From assembly GCF_029227855.1 (NCBI RefSeq), contig NZ_CP074356.1: a stretch of DNA of 64,000 bases; one strand, given 5' to 3'. Source of the stretch: Escherichia coli (GTDB taxonomy: Bacteria; Pseudomonadota; Gammaproteobacteria; Enterobacterales; Enterobacteriaceae). Positions 36,855-49,799 of this stretch are shown here, piece after piece (within the stretch, counting starts at the first letter, position 1; every line of letters starts with the position of its first letter). The notes below the pieces were generated by a model. The model was given only the letters and a program-made list of their open reading frames with translations, ran no database searches and had not been told where the DNA came from. The position numbers and the translations under genes were made by a program.

Positions 36855-37544
36855 TTAAAAGCGGGTTGAAAAACGATATCCTGTACCGCGCACGGTCTGC
36901 ACCATGCGGTCATGCCCACCGGGCTCCAGTGCTTTACGCAGGCGACGAATGTGGACATCGACCGTGCGGTCTTCCACATACACGTTGGTTCCCCAGACGT
37001 GGTTTAATAGCTGCTCGCGGCTGTACACGCGCTCAGGATGCGTCATAAAAAAGTGCAGCAGTTTAAATTCTGTCGGCCCCATCTCCAGCGGCTCTTCGCC
37101 CGCCATCACCCGGTGGGATGTCGGGTCGAGACTTAGCCCCTGCATCTCGATCACCTCTTCCACCGCCATTGGCGAAATACGGCGCATTACCGCTTTGATT
37201 CGCGCCACCAGCTCCTTCGGCGAAAACGGCTTGGTGATATAGTCATCCGCGCCGGTTTCAAGGCCGCGCACGCGATCTTCTTCTTCCCCTCTGGCGGTCA
37301 ACATCACCACTGGAATATCCCGGGTCATCGACTCGCGCTTGAGGTGTTTGATGAACTGGATACCGGAGCCGCCAGGTAACATCCAGTCAAGGAGAATTAA
37401 ATCCGGCCAGGGTTCATTCAGTTGATTCACAGCACTGTCATAATCTTCCGCTTCGACCGGCTGAAAGCCATTTTGTTCGAGCACGAAGCAGACCATTTCG
37501 CGAATTGGTGCTTCATCTTCTACGACCAGAATACGTCTCGCCAT
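36855..37544 (-). CDS. phoB: phosphate regulon response regulator
   Basis: 229-aa OmpR-family response regulator recognised as PhoB. Confidence 0.95.
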
Positions 37545-37597
37545 GATTTGCCCTGTTGTAATAAATAGGTTGCGATCATTAATGCGACGTCATTATG

Positions 37598-37625
37598 CGT
37601 CAGATTTATGACAGATTTATGAAAA
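37598..37625 (-). promoter_or_regulatory. Pho box (tandem PhoB-binding direct repeats) in the phoB promoter
   Basis: Minus-strand sequence TTTTCATAAATCTGTCATAAATCTGACG, 54-81 bp upstream of the phoB start, matches the CTGTCAT-type consensus. Confidence 0.7.
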
Positions 37626-37733
37626 GCTCGTCGCACATATCTTCAGGTTATTGATTTCCGTGGCGCAGAAAAAAGCAAATGGCACATCTGTTTGGGTATA
37701 ATCGCGCCCATGCTTTTTCGCCAGGGAACCGTT

Positions 37734-38936
37734 ATGCGCATCCTTCACACCTCAGACTGGCATCTCGGCCAGAACTTCTACAGTAAAAGCCGCGAAGCTG
37801 AACATCAGGCTTTTCTTGACTGGCTGCTGGAGACAGTACAAACCCATCAGGTGGATGCGATTATTGTTGCTGGTGATGTTTTCGATACCGGCTCACCGCC
37901 CAGTTACGCCCGCACGTTATACAACCGTTTTGTTGTCAATTTACAGCAAACTGGCTGTCATCTGGTGGTACTGGCAGGAAACCATGACTCGGTCGCCACG
38001 CTGAATGAATCGCGCGATATCATGGCGTTCCTCAATACGACCGTGGTCGCCAGCGCCGGACATGCGCCGCAAATCTTGCCTCGTCGCGACGGGACGCCAG
38101 GCGCAGTGCTGTGCCCTATTCCGTTTTTACGTCCGCGTGACATTATTACCAGCCAGGCGGGGCTTAACGGTATTGAAAAACAGCAGCATTTGCTGGCGGC
38201 TATTACTGATTATTATCAACAACACTATGCCGATGCCTGCAAACTGCGCGGCGATCAGCCTCTGCCCATCATCGCCACGGGACATTTAACAACTGTGGGT
38301 GCCAGTAAAAGTGATGCCGTGCGTGACATCTATATTGGCACGCTGGACGCGTTTCCGGCACAAAACTTTCCACCAGCCGACTACATCGCGCTCGGGCATA
38401 TTCACCGCGCACAGATTATTGGCGGCATGGAACATGTTCGCTATTGCGGTTCCCCCATTCCACTGAGTTTTGATGAATGCGGTAAGAGTAAATATGTCCA
38501 TCTGGTGACATTTTCAAACGGCAAATTAGAGAGCGTGGAAAACCTGAACGTACCGGTAACGCAACCCATGGCGGTGCTGAAAGGCGATCTGGCGTCGATT
38601 ACCGAACAGCTGGAACAGTGGCGCGATGTATCACAGGAGCCACCTGTCTGGCTGGATATCGAAATCACTACTGATGAGTATCTGCATGATATTCAGCGCA
38701 AAATCCAGGCATTAACCGAATCATTGCCCGTTGAAGTATTGCTGGTACGCAGGAGTCGTGAACAGCGCGAGCGTGTGTTAGCCAGCCAACAGCGTGAAAC
38801 CCTCAGCGAACTCAGCGTCGAAGAGGTGTTCAATCGCCGTCTGGCACTGGAAGAACTGGATGAATCGCAGCAGCAACGTCTGCAGTATCTTTTCACCACG
38901 ACGTTGCATACCCTCGCCGGAGAACACGAAGTATGA
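37734..38936 (+). CDS. sbcD: DNA hairpin nuclease subunit SbcD (Mre11 family)
   Basis: 400-aa product starting [12 protein letters not shown]; the track ORF is extended upstream; overlaps the sbcC start by 4 nt. Confidence 0.92.
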   Translation: MRILHTSDWHLGQNFYSKSREAEHQAFLDWLLETVQTHQVDAIIVAGDVFDTGSPPSYARTLYNRFVVNLQQTGCHLVVLAGNHDSVATLNESRDIMAFLNTTVVASAGHAPQILPRRDGTPGAVLCPIPFLRPRDIITSQAGLNGIEKQQHLLAAITDYYQQHYADACKLRGDQPLPIIATGHLTTVGASKSDAVRDIYIGTLDAFPAQNFPPADYIALGHIHRAQIIGGMEHVRYCGSPIPLSFDECGKSKYVHLVTFSNGKLESVENLNVPVTQPMAVLKGDLASITEQLEQWRDVSQEPPVWLDIEITTDEYLHDIQRKIQALTESLPVEVLLVRRSREQRERVLASQQRETLSELSVEEVFNRRLALEELDESQQQRLQYLFTTTLHTLAGEHEV

Positions 38937-41900
38937 AAATTCTCAGCCTGCGCCTGAAAAACCTGAACTCATTAAAAGGCGAATGGAAGATTGATTTCAC
39001 CCGCGAGCCGTTCGCCAGCAACGGGCTGTTTGCCATTACCGGCCCAACCGGTGCGGGGAAAACCACCCTGCTGGACGCCATTTGTCTGGCGCTGTATCAC
39101 GAAACTCCGCGCCTTTCTAACGTTTCACAATCGCAAAATGATCTCATGACCCGCGATACCGCCGAATGTCTGGCGGAGGTGGAGTTTGAAGTGAAAGGTG
39201 AAGCGTATCGCGCGTTCTGGAGCCAGAATCGGGCGCGTAACCAGCCGGACGGTAATTTGCAGGTGCCACGCGTTGAGCTGGCGCGCTGTGCCGATGGCAA
39301 AATTCTCGCCGACAAAGTGAAAGATAAGCTGGAACTGACGGCGACGTTAACCGGACTGGATTACGGGCGCTTCACCCGTTCGATGCTGCTTTCGCAGGGG
39401 CAATTTGCTGCCTTCCTGAATGCCAAACCCAAAGAACGCGCGGAATTGCTCGAGGAGTTAACCGGCACTGAAATCTACGGGCAAATCTCGGCGATGGTTT
39501 TTGAGCAGCACAAATCGGCCCGCACTGAGCTGGAGAAGCTGCAAGCGCAGGCCAGCGGCGTCGCGTTGCTCACGCCGGAACAAGTGCAATCGCTGACAGC
39601 GAGTTTGCAGGTACTTACTGACGAAGAAAAACAGTTACTTACCGCGCAGCAGCAAGAACAACAATCACTAAACTGGTTAACGCGTCTGGACGAATTGCAG
39701 CAAGAAGCCAGCCGCCGTCAGCAGGCCTTGCAACAGGCGTTAGCCGAAGAAGAAAAAGCGCAACCTCAACTGGCGGCGCTCAGTCTGGCACAACCGGCAC
39801 GAAATCTTCGTCCGCACTGGGAACGCATCGCAGAACACAGCGCGGCGCTGGCGCATACTCGCCAGCAGATTGAAGAAGTAAATACTCGCTTACAGAGCAC
39901 AATGGCGCTTCGCGCGAGCATTCGCCACCACGCGGCGAAGCAGTCAGCAGAATTACAGCAGCAGCAACAAAGCCTGAATACCTGGTTACAGGAATACGAC
40001 CGCTTCCGTCAGTGGAACAACGAACTGGCGGGTTGGCGTGCGCAGTTCTCCCAACAAACCAGCGATCGCGAGCATCTGCGGCAATGGCAGCAACAGTTAA
40101 CCCATGCTGAGCAAAAACTTAATGCGCTTGCGGCGATCACGTTGACGTTAACCGCCGATGAAGTTGCTACCGCCCTGGCGCAACATGCTGAGCAACGCAC
40201 GCTGCGTCAGCGCCTGGTCGCGTTGCATGGACAGATTGTTCCCCAACAAAAACGCCTGGCGCAATTACAGGTCACTATCCAGAATGTCACGCAAGAACAG
40301 ACGCAACGTAACGCCGCACTTAACGAAATGCGCCAGCGTTATAAAGAAAAGACGCAGCAACTTGCCGATGTCAAAACCATTTGCGAGCAGGAAGCGCGTA
40401 TCAAAACGCTGGAAGCCCAGCGCGCGCAGTTACAGGCGGGTCAGCCTTGTCCACTTTGTGGTTCCACCAGCCACCCGGCGGTCGAGGCGTATCAGGCGCT
40501 GGAACCGGGCGTTAATCAGGCCCGGCTATTAACGCTGGAAAAAGAAGTGAAAAAGCTCGGCGAAGAAGGTGCGGCGCTACGTGGGCAACTGGATGCATTA
40601 ACGAAGCAGCTTCAGCGCGATGAAAACGAAGCGCAAAGCCTCCGACAAGATGAGCAAGCACTTACTCAACAATGGCAAGCCGTCACGGCCAGCCTCAATA
40701 TCACCTTGCAGCCACAGGACGATATTCAACCGTGGCTGGATGCACAAGATGAGCACGAACGCCAGCTGCGGTTACTCAGCCAACGGCATGAATTACAAGG
40801 GCAGATTGCCGCGCATAATCAGCAAATTATTCAGTATCAACAGCAAATTGAACAACGCCAGCAGCAGCTCTTAACGGCATTGGCGGGTTATGCACTGACA
40901 TTGCCACAGGAAGATGAAGAAGAGAGCTGGTTGGCGACGCGTCAGCAAGAAGCGCAGAGCTGGCAGCATCGCCAGAACGAATTAACCGCGCTGCAAAACC
41001 GTATTCAGCAACTGACGCCGATTCTGGAAACGTTGCCGCAAAGTGATGAACTCCCGCACAGCGAAGAAACTGTGGTGCTGGAAAACTGGCGGCAGGTTCA
41101 TGAACAATGTCTCGCATTACACAGCCAGCAGCAGACGTTACAGCAACAGGACGTTCTGGCGGCGCAAAGTCTGCAAAAAGCCCAGGCGCAGTTTGACACC
41201 GCGCTACAGGCCAGCGTCTTTGACGATCAGCAGGCGTTCCTTGCGGCGCTAATGGATGAACAAACACTAACGCAGCTGGAACAGCTCAAGCAGAATCTGG
41301 AAAACCAGCGCCGTCAGGCGCAAACGCTGGTCACTCAGACAGCTGAAACGCTGGCACAGCATCAGCAACACCGACCTGACGGCCTGGATCTCAGTGTGAC
41401 GGTGGAGCAGATTCAGCAAGAGTTAGCGCAAACTCAGCAAAAGTTGCGTGAAAACACCACCAGTCAGGGCGAGATTCGCCAGCAGCTGAAGCAGGATGCA
41501 GACAACCGTCAGCAACAACAAACCTTAATGCAGCAAATTGCTCAAATGACGCAGCAGGTTGAGGACTGGGGATATCTGAATTCGCTAATAGGTTCCAAAG
41601 AGGGCGATAAATTCCGCAAGTTTGCCCAGGGGCTGACGCTGGATAATTTAGTCCATCTCGCTAATCAGCAACTTACCCGGCTGCACGGGCGCTATCTGTT
41701 ACAGCGCAAAGCCAGCGAGGCGCTGGAAGTCGAGGTTGTTGATACCTGGCAGGCAGATGCGGTACGCGATACCCGTACCCTTTCCGGTGGCGAGAGTTTC
41801 CTCGTCAGTCTGGCGCTGGCGCTGGCGCTTTCGGATCTGGTCAGCCATAAAACGCGTATTGACTCGCTGTTCCTCGATGAAGGTTTTGGCACGCTGGATA

Positions 41901-42076
41901 GCGAAACGCTGGATACCGCCCTTGATGCGCTGGATGCCCTGAATGCCAGTGGCAAAACCATCGGTGTGATTAGCCACGTTGAAGCGATGAAAGAGCGTAT
42001 TCCGGTGCAGATCAAAGTGAAGAAGATCAACGGCCTGGGCTACAGCAAACTGGAAAGTGCGTTTGCAGTGAAATAA
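38933..42076 (+). CDS. sbcC: DNA hairpin nuclease ATPase subunit SbcC (Rad50 family)
   Basis: 1047-aa ORF with Walker A (GPTGAGKTT), long Q-rich coiled coil, CxxC zinc hook (CPLCGS), signature/Walker B at C-terminus. Confidence 0.95.
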   Translation: MKILSLRLKNLNSLKGEWKIDFTREPFASNGLFAITGPTGAGKTTLLDAICLALYHETPRLSNVSQSQNDLMTRDTAECLAEVEFEVKGEAYRAFWSQNRARNQPDGNLQVPRVELARCADGKILADKVKDKLELTATLTGLDYGRFTRSMLLSQGQFAAFLNAKPKERAELLEELTGTEIYGQISAMVFEQHKSARTELEKLQAQASGVALLTPEQVQSLTASLQVLTDEEKQLLTAQQQEQQSLNWLTRLDELQQEASRRQQALQQALAEEEKAQPQLAALSLAQPARNLRPHWERIAEHSAALAHTRQQIEEVNTRLQSTMALRASIRHHAAKQSAELQQQQQSLNTWLQEYDRFRQWNNELAGWRAQFSQQTSDREHLRQWQQQLTHAEQKLNALAAITLTLTADEVATALAQHAEQRTLRQRLVALHGQIVPQQKRLAQLQVTIQNVTQEQTQRNAALNEMRQRYKEKTQQLADVKTICEQEARIKTLEAQRAQLQAGQPCPLCGSTSHPAVEAYQALEPGVNQARLLTLEKEVKKLGEEGAALRGQLDALTKQLQRDENEAQSLRQDEQALTQQWQAVTASLNITLQPQDDIQPWLDAQDEHERQLRLLSQRHELQGQIAAHNQQIIQYQQQIEQRQQQLLTALAGYALTLPQEDEEESWLATRQQEAQSWQHRQNELTALQNRIQQLTPILETLPQSDELPHSEETVVLENWRQVHEQCLALHSQQQTLQQQDVLAAQSLQKAQAQFDTALQASVFDDQQAFLAALMDEQTLTQLEQLKQNLENQRRQAQTLVTQTAETLAQHQQHRPDGLDLSVTVEQIQQELAQTQQKLRENTTSQGEIRQQLKQDADNRQQQQTLMQQIAQMTQQVEDWGYLNSLIGSKEGDKFRKFAQGLTLDNLVHLANQQLTRLHGRYLLQRKASEALEVEVVDTWQADAVRDTRTLSGGESFLVSLALALALSDLVSHKTRIDSLFLDEGFGTLDSETLDTALDALDALNASGKTIGVISHVEAMKERIPVQIKVKKINGLGYSKLESAFAVK

Positions 42077-42201
42077 CTATTCAGCAGGATAATGAATACA
42101 GAGGGGCGAATTATCTCTTGGCCTCGCTGGTCGTTATCCTGCAAGCTATCACTTTATTGGCTACGGTGATTAGTAGCCGTTCTGGTGGTTGTGATGGTGG
42201 T

Positions 42202-43386
42202 ATGAAAAAAGTCATTTTATCTTTGGCTCTGGGCACGTTTGGTTTGGGGATGGCCGAATTTGGCATTATGGGCGTGCTCACGGAGCTGGCGCATAACGTA
42301 GGAATTTCGATTCCTGCCGCCGGGCATATGATCTCGTATTATGCGCTGGGGGTGGTGGTCGGTGCGCCAATCATCGCCCTCTTTTCCAGCCGCTACTCAC
42401 TCAAACATATCTTGTTGTTTCTGGTGGCGTTGTGCGTCATTGGTAACGCCATGTTCACGCTCTCTTCATCTTACCTGATGCTTGCCATTGGTCGGCTGGT
42501 ATCCGGCTTTCCGCATGGCGCATTTTTTGGCGTCGGCGCGATCGTGTTATCGAAAATTATCAAACCCGGCAAAGTCACCGCCGCCGTGGCGGGGATGGTT
42601 TCGGGGATGACAGTCGCCAATTTGCTGGGCATTCCGCTGGGAACGTATTTAAGTCAGGAATTTAGCTGGCGTTACACCTTTTTATTGATCGCTGTTTTTA
42701 ATATTGCGGTGATGGCATCGGTCTATTTTTGGGTGCCGGATATTCGCGACGAGACGAAAGGAAAGCTGCGCGAACAATTTCACTTTTTACGCAGCCCGGC
42801 CCCGTGGTTAATTTTCGCCGCCACGATGTTTGGCAACGCAGGTGTCTTTGCCTGGTTCAGCTACGTAAAGCCATACATGATGTTTATTTCCGGTTTTTCG
42901 GAAACGGCGATGACCTTTATTATGATGTTAGTGGGGCTAGGGATGGTGCTGGGGAATATGCTAAGTGGCAGGGTTTCAGGACGTTATTCACCACTGCGCA
43001 TTGCGGCAGTGACTGACTTTATCATTGTACTGGCTCTGTTGATGCTCTTTTTCTTCGGCGGCATGAAAACAACGTCGCTTATTTTTGCTTTTATTTGTTG
43101 CGCGGGATTATTTGCCCTTTCAGCACCGCTACAAATATTATTACTGCAAAATGCCAAAGGCGGAGAGTTATTAGGTGCCGCAGGTGGGCAAATAGCGTTT
43201 AACCTCGGTAGCGCCGTCGGCGCATATTGCGGTGGTATGATGCTGACGCTGGGGCTGGCATATAATTACGTGGCGCTGCCTGCCGCCCTGCTTTCGTTTG
43301 CTGCGATGTCGTCATTGCTGCTGTATGGTCGCTATAAGCGCCAGCAAGCGGCGGATAGTCCGGTGCTGGCGAAACCACTGGGGTAG
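42202..43386 (+). CDS. araJ: MFS transporter AraJ
   Basis: 394-aa product starting MKKVILSLALGTFGLGMAEFG; the track ORF is extended upstream. Confidence 0.9.
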   Translation: MKKVILSLALGTFGLGMAEFGIMGVLTELAHNVGISIPAAGHMISYYALGVVVGAPIIALFSSRYSLKHILLFLVALCVIGNAMFTLSSSYLMLAIGRLVSGFPHGAFFGVGAIVLSKIIKPGKVTAAVAGMVSGMTVANLLGIPLGTYLSQEFSWRYTFLLIAVFNIAVMASVYFWVPDIRDETKGKLREQFHFLRSPAPWLIFAATMFGNAGVFAWFSYVKPYMMFISGFSETAMTFIMMLVGLGMVLGNMLSGRVSGRYSPLRIAAVTDFIIVLALLMLFFFGGMKTTSLIFAFICCAGLFALSAPLQILLLQNAKGGELLGAAGGQIAFNLGSAVGAYCGGMMLTLGLAYNYVALPAALLSFAAMSSLLLYGRYKRQQAADSPVLAKPLG

Positions 43387-43414
43387 ATTGCAGTCACGGT
43401 GCACGTTGCTTATT

Positions 43415-43503
43415 GCCGGATGCGGCGTGAACGCCTTATCGGCCTACGGTTCCGGCACATTTTGCAGGCCTGATAAGATGCGGCAAGCGTCGCATCAGGC
43501 ATG
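43415..43503. repeat. REP/BIME element (two REP-type palindromic units) between araJ and mak
   Basis: GCCGGATGCGGCGTGAACGCCTTATCGGCCTAC and GCAGGCCTGATAAGATGCGGCAAGCGTCGCATCAGGCAT match the REP consensus. Confidence 0.7.
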
Positions 43504-43525
43504 ATACGCCAATTGCCTGGTTTTT

Positions 43526-44434
43526 TTACTCTTGTGGCCATAACCATGCAGCGCCGCGTACGCCGCTCGAATCACCATGTTTCGCCTTGCGTACCGGCGT
43601 TTCACATTCTCCGCCGAAGACAAATTGTTTAATCAACTGCGGAACCGTTTGATATAAACGGTCTACATTGCTCATTCCGCCGCCCAGGACAATCACATCC
43701 GGATCGAGAATATTCACGACATGTGCCAGCGATTTTGCCAGCCGCAGCTCGTAGCGACGCAATGCCAGTTCCGCTACCGGATCGCTTTCTTCTACCAGGC
43801 GGATAATTTCACTGCCTTTCAGCGCATGTCCGCTCAAACGACGATAATCCGTCGCGAATCCCGTGCCCGAAATAAAGGTTTCAATACAACCTTGTTTACC
43901 GCAATAACAAGGGACTTCCTCGCGATAACGCAGTTCGTCTTCGTCCATCCACGGTAGCGGATTGTGTCCCCACTCACCTGCCGTGCCATTGCCGCCGATA
44001 TGCGCCCGCCCATTGAATGCCACGCCCGCGCCGCATCCCGTGCCGATAATCACGGCAAATACCGTCTGCGCTCCCGCTGCCGCACCATCTACTGCTTCTG
44101 AAACCGCCAGACAGTTGGCGTCATTTGCCAACCGTACTTCCCGCTGCAACCGCGCGCTTAAGTCTTTATCGAATGGCTGACCGTTGAGCCAGGTTGAATT
44201 GGCATTCTTCACCACACCGGTGTAGGGCGAAATCGAACCTGGAATGCCCATACCTACCGTTCCGCGCTGCCCTGTCGCCTGCTCCGCCATATCAACCAAC
44301 GTGGCGATCGTTTCAATAGTCTGCTGGTAATCATCACGCGGCGTGGGCAGACGATGGCGGTACAACTGCTCCCCTGCATCGCCCAGTGCAATCACTTCAG
44401 TTTTGGTGCCGCCTAAATCGATACCTATACGCAC
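43526..44434 (-). CDS. mak: fructokinase / manno(fructo)kinase (ROK family)
   Basis: 302-aa product from a GTG start at 44434 (RBS GGAGAG upstream), [13 protein letters not shown]...; the track ORF is extended upstream. Confidence 0.9.
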   Translation of the reverse strand: MRIGIDLGGTKTEVIALGDAGEQLYRHRLPTPRDDYQQTIETIATLVDMAEQATGQRGTVGMGIPGSISPYTGVVKNANSTWLNGQPFDKDLSARLQREVRLANDANCLAVSEAVDGAAAGAQTVFAVIIGTGCGAGVAFNGRAHIGGNGTAGEWGHNPLPWMDEDELRYREEVPCYCGKQGCIETFISGTGFATDYRRLSGHALKGSEIIRLVEESDPVAELALRRYELRLAKSLAHVVNILDPDVIVLGGGMSNVDRLYQTVPQLIKQFVFGGECETPVRKAKHGDSSGVRGAAWLWPQE

Positions 44435-44558
44435 GGTACTCTCCTTATTTTTTTCAATATCAATAGCGTAGAGACGGACAACCGGATTGGCAATGCAAGG
44501 CCGCCGACAATTCGTTATCATGCCCGCTAAATTTAACGACAAGGCCGTGGAAATTATC

Positions 44559-45470
44559 ATGCTGTGGTTCAAAAATTTAATGGTTTACCGTCTTAGCCGC
44601 GAGATTTCGCTGCGTGCAGAAGAGATGGAAAAACAGCTAGCCTCGATGGCATTTACCCCATGCGGCAGCCAGGACATGGCGAAGATGGGCTGGGTTCCTC
44701 CGATGGGATCGCACAGCGATGCGTTAACGCACGTTGCCAATGGTCAAATTGTTATCTGCGCGCGCAAAGAAGAAAAAATCCTCCCGTCTCCGGTGATTAA
44801 ACAGGCGCTGGAAGCGAAAATCTCCAAACTGGAAGCGGAACAGGCGCGTAAGCTGAAGAAAACCGAAAAAGATTCGCTGAAAGACGAAGTGCTGCATTCT
44901 CTGCTGCCGCGTGCTTTCAGCCGTTTTAGCCAGACAATGATGTGGATCGACACGGTTAACGGTTTGATTATGGTGGACTGCGCCAGTGCCAAAAAAGCGG
45001 AAGATACGCTGGCACTGCTGCGTAAAAGCCTGGGGTCGTTACCGGTTGTACCATTGAGCATGGAAAACCCGATTGAACTGACGCTGACCGAATGGGTACG
45101 TTCCGGCAGCGCGGCACAGGGTTTCCAGCTGCTTGATGAAGCCGAGCTGAAATCGTTGCTGGAAGATGGCGGCGTGATCCGCGCGAAGAAACAAGATCTG
45201 ACCAGCGAAGAGATCACCAACCACATTGAAGCCGGAAAAGTGGTGACTAAACTGGCGCTCGACTGGCAGCAGCGCATTCAGTTTGTGATGTGCGACGATG
45301 GTTCGCTCAAGCGTCTGAAGTTCTGCGACGAGCTGCGCGATCAAAACGAAGATATCGACCGTGAAGATTTCGCCCAGCGTTTTGATGCCGATTTCATCCT
45401 GATGACTGGTGAACTGGCAGCGTTAATTCAAAACCTGATTGAAGGATTAGGTGGCGAAGCACAACGTTAA
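44559..45470 (+). CDS. rdgC: recombination-associated protein RdgC
   Basis: 303-aa product starting [16 protein letters not shown]; the track ORF is extended upstream. Confidence 0.92.
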   Translation: MLWFKNLMVYRLSREISLRAEEMEKQLASMAFTPCGSQDMAKMGWVPPMGSHSDALTHVANGQIVICARKEEKILPSPVIKQALEAKISKLEAEQARKLKKTEKDSLKDEVLHSLLPRAFSRFSQTMMWIDTVNGLIMVDCASAKKAEDTLALLRKSLGSLPVVPLSMENPIELTLTEWVRSGSAAQGFQLLDEAELKSLLEDGGVIRAKKQDLTSEEITNHIEAGKVVTKLALDWQQRIQFVMCDDGSLKRLKFCDELRDQNEDIDREDFAQRFDADFILMTGELAALIQNLIEGLGGEAQR

Positions 45471-45488
45471 TTGCTGATTTACCTTTAA

Positions 45489-45525
45489 TGCCGGATGCGA
45501 CGCCTGCCGCGTCTTATCCGGCGTG
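45489..45525. repeat. REP-type palindromic unit downstream of rdgC
   Basis: GCCGGATGCGACGCCTGCCGCGTCTTATCCGGC matches the REP consensus. Confidence 0.6.
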
Positions 45526-45627
45526 CGAAGCTACACCAGGCATATAATTATTCGCTACGGCGGGCAATAATTTTTAGCGCAGCAATATTATGCGTTTTAT
45601 GCTGTAACTTGCTCCAGGGGCGTTGTG

Positions 45628-45909
45628 TCATTGTTTTTCCTCAAGCCGGTGACGCGCTTCACTGCGAATTTTTCGCGTTGCCCCGGTTTTCACTAAATCA
45701 CGTAACAGCGAAAGATCGGGTTGTTCGACAAATAAGAGTAATGATGGATCCTCTTTTAACCACGCCGTTTTCACATCGGCAGCCAGCTGTGAATTATTAA
45801 TAGCCAGCGACCGCTCCTGAGGCTCAGTCAATGTCGTTAACAACAACACCGGGGTATGTGCGTTGTGCAATGCCGTTTGGCGCAAATGATCATTGCGACT
45901 TTGCAGCAA
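45628..45909 (-). CDS. small hypothetical protein at the position where ykiA lies in K-12
   Basis: 93-aa ORF with no recognisable motifs; coding status uncertain. Confidence 0.3.
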   Translation of the reverse strand: MLQSRNDHLRQTALHNAHTPVLLLTTLTEPQERSLAINNSQLAADVKTAWLKEDPSLLLFVEQPDLSLLRDLVKTGATRKIRSEARHRLEEKQ

Positions 45910-46116
45910 TGCACGCCACCATTCATCATCTGATTTATCTTTTATCGTCGCCAGTTCCGCAACAATATCTGGAGATCTTCGCTGATATTTATATCAACCT
46001 TGATGAATTATGAATATATCGGAAATCGAAAAAATCCCAGCAAAGGAAATATTATTATGGGTTAAAGAGAGGACATTTCAGATAAATGCCCTCCCGTTCA
46101 AGGGGAAGGCGAGGAA

Positions 46117-46401
46117 TTACAGATAGCGGCACAGATAAGAGGTGGGTTCGGCAACTTGCAGATGAAACTCGCTGTGACCGGGAACATTAAACACCGAACC
46201 GGCTTCATACACTTGCCAGTCGGTCGCGTCAGGCAGTAACACATTCAGCGCGCCACTGATTACCGTCATCTCTTCAGGCTCAGCGGTGCTGAAGGTGTAT
46301 TCACCTTCAACCATAACACCCACGCTGGCGCGACCAGTGCTGCTGCTGGAAAAGCCGATCGATTTCACTTTGCCGGAAAAGTACTCATTACTTTGAAGCA
46401 T
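46117..46401 (-). CDS. ppnP: pyrimidine/purine nucleoside phosphorylase (cupin family)
   Basis: 94-aa ORF recognised as PpnP/YaiE. Confidence 0.9.
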
Positions 46402-46472
46402 AAACTGGCCCTGTCTGGTAGTTGAACATCTACTTCACTATAGGGGCCAGAGGCGCTGGCTGTCACGCAAAA

Positions 46473-47150
46473 TTACATCAGTAATTCCGCAGCCAGCCGT
46501 GCAATCAATACGTTAGAGAGCAAAACAGGAACATCGAGCTGTTTTTGCAGTAAATCGCGATGACGCTGGTTAAATCCCAAACAATCCAGCATGATGACAT
46601 CTGCACCTTTTTCCAGTAATTCTTTTCCGGCATCAATGATTTTTTGTTCCGAATCATGAATGGGGTTACCCAATGAAAATACTGGCGGTTTCTGCAAAAT
46701 TTGCCATTTTTGCGCCTGAACGGTCAGCAACTCCTCAACCGGAACGATAACCCCCACCTGATGATCTTCAACAATAGAAGAAACCAGCGGAGGCAATATT
46801 CGCGACGGCTCAAGAAAGATCGTATTACGCGCAGTCATACTACTAATGTTTGCTGTACTCATTAATAAAATGACGTCATAACCCTGATTATCGAGCACTT
46901 CAACCACACCTTGCAGGTCACGCTCCACTTTGCGACGCGAAACATGGGCCAGCTGGTTGTCATTTAATAATGTGAGAATTGTGTCTTCGCCTGCTTCTGG
47001 CGCGTACTCCGCCATCACTTCTTCGCGGCTTAACTTCCCCAGCAGGCTATGATGGGAAATATTATCTTCGTCAATGTATTCTGTCAGGAGCGGCAAAACT
47101 TCCTGCATAGGTACAATGCCGATGGTCAGGATCGCCAACGACGCACTCAT
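46473..47150 (-). CDS. aroM: AroM family protein
   Basis: 225-aa ORF recognised as AroM, downstream of aroL-yaiA. Confidence 0.9.
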   Translation of the reverse strand: MSASLAILTIGIVPMQEVLPLLTEYIDEDNISHHSLLGKLSREEVMAEYAPEAGEDTILTLLNDNQLAHVSRRKVERDLQGVVEVLDNQGYDVILLMSTANISSMTARNTIFLEPSRILPPLVSSIVEDHQVGVIVPVEELLTVQAQKWQILQKPPVFSLGNPIHDSEQKIIDAGKELLEKGADVIMLDCLGFNQRHRDLLQKQLDVPVLLSNVLIARLAAELLM

Positions 47151-47407
47151 TGTTCTTCCACCTTACTTTTATTTCGTCGTTAATTACCGGGCAAGCGCTA
47201 AGCACCACTGCTGACACTTACCTGTGCTACAAATGACAAAAAGCGTAGCAGCAGACCTGCACGGCATAATGTAAAGATTCCAAATGATTCCAGTAATGGA
47301 TTGTTATTGTTTAATATTCTAATTATTTGAAAAACATGAATTGTGAAAAATGTGACGCAGATCCCTTGTGGCGGCACTCAGAATCCCTTCCGAGCAGTCT
47401 GATGCGG

Positions 47408-47608
<201 letters not shown>

Positions 47609-47648
47609 TTATTTCACGGGATGAACGTTAAGTATAGGCGCTCGAAAA

Positions 47649-48173
47649 TCAACAATTGATCGTCTGTGCCAGGGCACTGCGAATTTCAGAAATCACCTGG
47701 CTGGGTTCGTTTGTTGCGTCGATGATAATATGCGCAACTTCGCGATATAGCGCATCGCGTTCTTCCAGCACTTCCTGAACTTCTTCGCTCAGCGGTTTCC
47801 CCGTTAAGGTTGGCCGTAAATCTTCTTCCGGTGCAGCTTGCAGTCGGTTAACCAGGACTGATACTGGCGCACACAAATAAACCACGATCCCGTTATTTTG
47901 CATAAAGTGTCGATTAAATTCCGTCAGAATAATGCCGCCGCCCGTAGCGATAACGGTGGATGGCGCAGTTACCGCTTCCAGCGCCGCCGTTTCTCTGGCG
48001 CGGAATCCCGCCCACTCTTCCCTTTCGACGATCTCCGCGACCGTCATATTGAGCTGTGATTGCAACCACTGGTCGGTATCGACAAATCGACGGTTAAGCG
48101 AATCGGCAAGGGCCATTCCGACCGTTGTTTTACCACAGCCCCGAGGCCCGATCAGAAAAAGAGGTTGTGTCAT
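47649..48173 (-). CDS. aroL: shikimate kinase 2
   Basis: 174-aa ORF with P-loop GPRGCGKTT. Confidence 0.95.
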
Positions 48174-48336
48174 CGTGGGTTTTCCCCAATAGGTCGCAAT
48201 GCGGCGAAAGCCGGTGTCATGAGAATAGCGATCATACCATCAAACTAGTACAATTTCGATTGTAAAGAAAAAATTCCACTTAAAGTGAAAATCTCGATAC
48301 ACCCCTTACTATACCAATAAATATTCAAGAATGAAG

Positions 48337-48354
48337 TGTAAATAATAAATTACA
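48337..48354. promoter_or_regulatory. candidate TyrR box (TGTAAA-N6-TTTACA type palindrome) upstream of aroL
   Basis: TGTAAATAATAAATTACA read from the sequence; aroL is a known TyrR-regulated gene; further half-site-like sequences lie between 48250 and 48300. Confidence 0.5.
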
Positions 48355-48355
48355 T

Positions 48356-48814
48356 TTAGCCACGACTACGTTGCACTTCCAGCCACCACTTCTCCAGCTC
48401 CGCGGCAAAGGCCTGGCGGTCACGTTGTGAAAGGCTATCTGGTCCCCCGGTCTGGATCCCACTGGCGCGTAAGGTATCCATAAAATCGCGCATCGTCAGG
48501 CGCTCACGAATGGTCGCTGGCGTGTAACGTTCGCCGCGTGGATTAAGCGCCGCCGCGCCTTTCTCGATGGCTTCAGCAGCCAAAGGAATATCTGCGGTGA
48601 TCACCAAATCGCCCGCTTCACACTGCCGGACAATTTCGTTATCGGCAACGTCGAAACCTGCCGCGACGCGCAGCGTACGAATAAATCGCGATGGCGGCAC
48701 GCGTAAACTCTGGTTTGCTACCAGTACCAGCGGCATCTGCATACGTTCCGCCGCGCGATACAAAATCTCTTTAATTACATTGGGACACGCGTCGGCATCC
48801 ACCCAAATTGTCAT
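48356..48814 (-). CDS. yaiI: UPF0178 family protein YaiI
   Basis: 152-aa product starting [18 protein letters not shown]; the track ORF is extended upstream across the divergent proC start. Confidence 0.85.
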   Translation of the reverse strand: MTIWVDADACPNVIKEILYRAAERMQMPLVLVANQSLRVPPSRFIRTLRVAAGFDVADNEIVRQCEAGDLVITADIPLAAEAIEKGAAALNPRGERYTPATIRERLTMRDFMDTLRASGIQTGGPDSLSQRDRQAFAAELEKWWLEVQRSRG

Positions 48815-48933
48815 AAAGTCATCCTTTGTTGGGTAATCCTCTATTGTGTCGCGCTTTTGCCTTCCGGCATAGTTCTGTTTATGCTTCTGCCAGCGATTAT
48901 CAAAACAATGAATTTCACGGCAGGAGTGAGGCA

Positions 48934-49743
48934 ATGGAAAAGAAAATCGGTTTTATTGGCTGCGGCAATATGGGAAAAGCCATTCTCGGCGGTCTGATTG
49001 CCAGCGGTCAGGTGCTTCCAGGGCAAATCTGGGTATATACTCCCTCCCCGGATAAAGTCTCCGCCCTGCATGACCAGTTCGGCATCAACGCCGCAGAATC
49101 GGCGCAAGAAGTGGCGCAAATCGCCGACATCATTTTTGCCGCCGTTAAACCTGGCATCATGATTAACGTGCTTAGCGAAATCACCTCCAGCCTGAATAAA
49201 GACTCTCTGGTCGTTTCTATTGCTGCAGGTATCACACTCGACCAGCTTGCCCGCGCGCTGGGCCATGACCGGAAAATTATCCGCGCCATGCCGAACACTC
49301 CCGCGCTGGTTAATGCCGGGATGACCTCCGTAACACCAAACGCGCTGGTAACCCCAGAAGATACCGCTGATGTGCTGAATATTTTCCGCTGCTTTGGCGA
49401 AGCGGAAGTAATTGCCGAGCCGATGATCCACCCGGTGGTCGGTGTGAGCGGTTCTTCGCCAGCCTACATCTTTATGTTTATCGAAGCGATGGCCGACGCT
49501 GCCGTGCTGGGCGGGATGCCACGCGCCCAGGCGTATAAATTTGCCGCTCAGGCGGTAATGGGTTCCGCAAAAATGGTGCTGGAAACGGGAGAACATCCGG
49601 GGGCACTGAAAGATATGGTCTGCTCACCGGGAGGCACCACCATTGAGGCGGTACGCGTACTGGAAGAGAAAGGCTTCCGTGCCGCAGTGATCGAAGCGAT
49701 GACGAAGTGTATGGAAAAATCAGAAAAACTCAGTAAATCCTGA
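48934..49743 (+). CDS. proC: pyrroline-5-carboxylate reductase
   Basis: 269-aa product starting [20 protein letters not shown]; the track ORF is extended upstream. Confidence 0.95.
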   Translation: MEKKIGFIGCGNMGKAILGGLIASGQVLPGQIWVYTPSPDKVSALHDQFGINAAESAQEVAQIADIIFAAVKPGIMINVLSEITSSLNKDSLVVSIAAGITLDQLARALGHDRKIIRAMPNTPALVNAGMTSVTPNALVTPEDTADVLNIFRCFGEAEVIAEPMIHPVVGVSGSSPAYIFMFIEAMADAAVLGGMPRAQAYKFAAQAVMGSAKMVLETGEHPGALKDMVCSPGGTTIEAVRVLEEKGFRAAVIEAMTKCMEKSEKLSKS

Positions 49744-49751
49744 TGACTTTT

Positions 49752-49799
49752 GCCGGACGTCAGGCCGCCACTTCGGTGCGGTTACGTCCGGCTTTCTTT
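49752..49799. terminator. hairpin GCCGGACGT...ACGTCCGGC followed by TTTCTTT between convergent proC and dgcC
   Basis: Inverted repeat read from the sequence; overlaps the dgcC stop codon. Confidence 0.55.

Noticed and set aside
48841-49596. 251-aa ORF on the minus strand
   Set aside because: Antisense to proC; shadow ORF.
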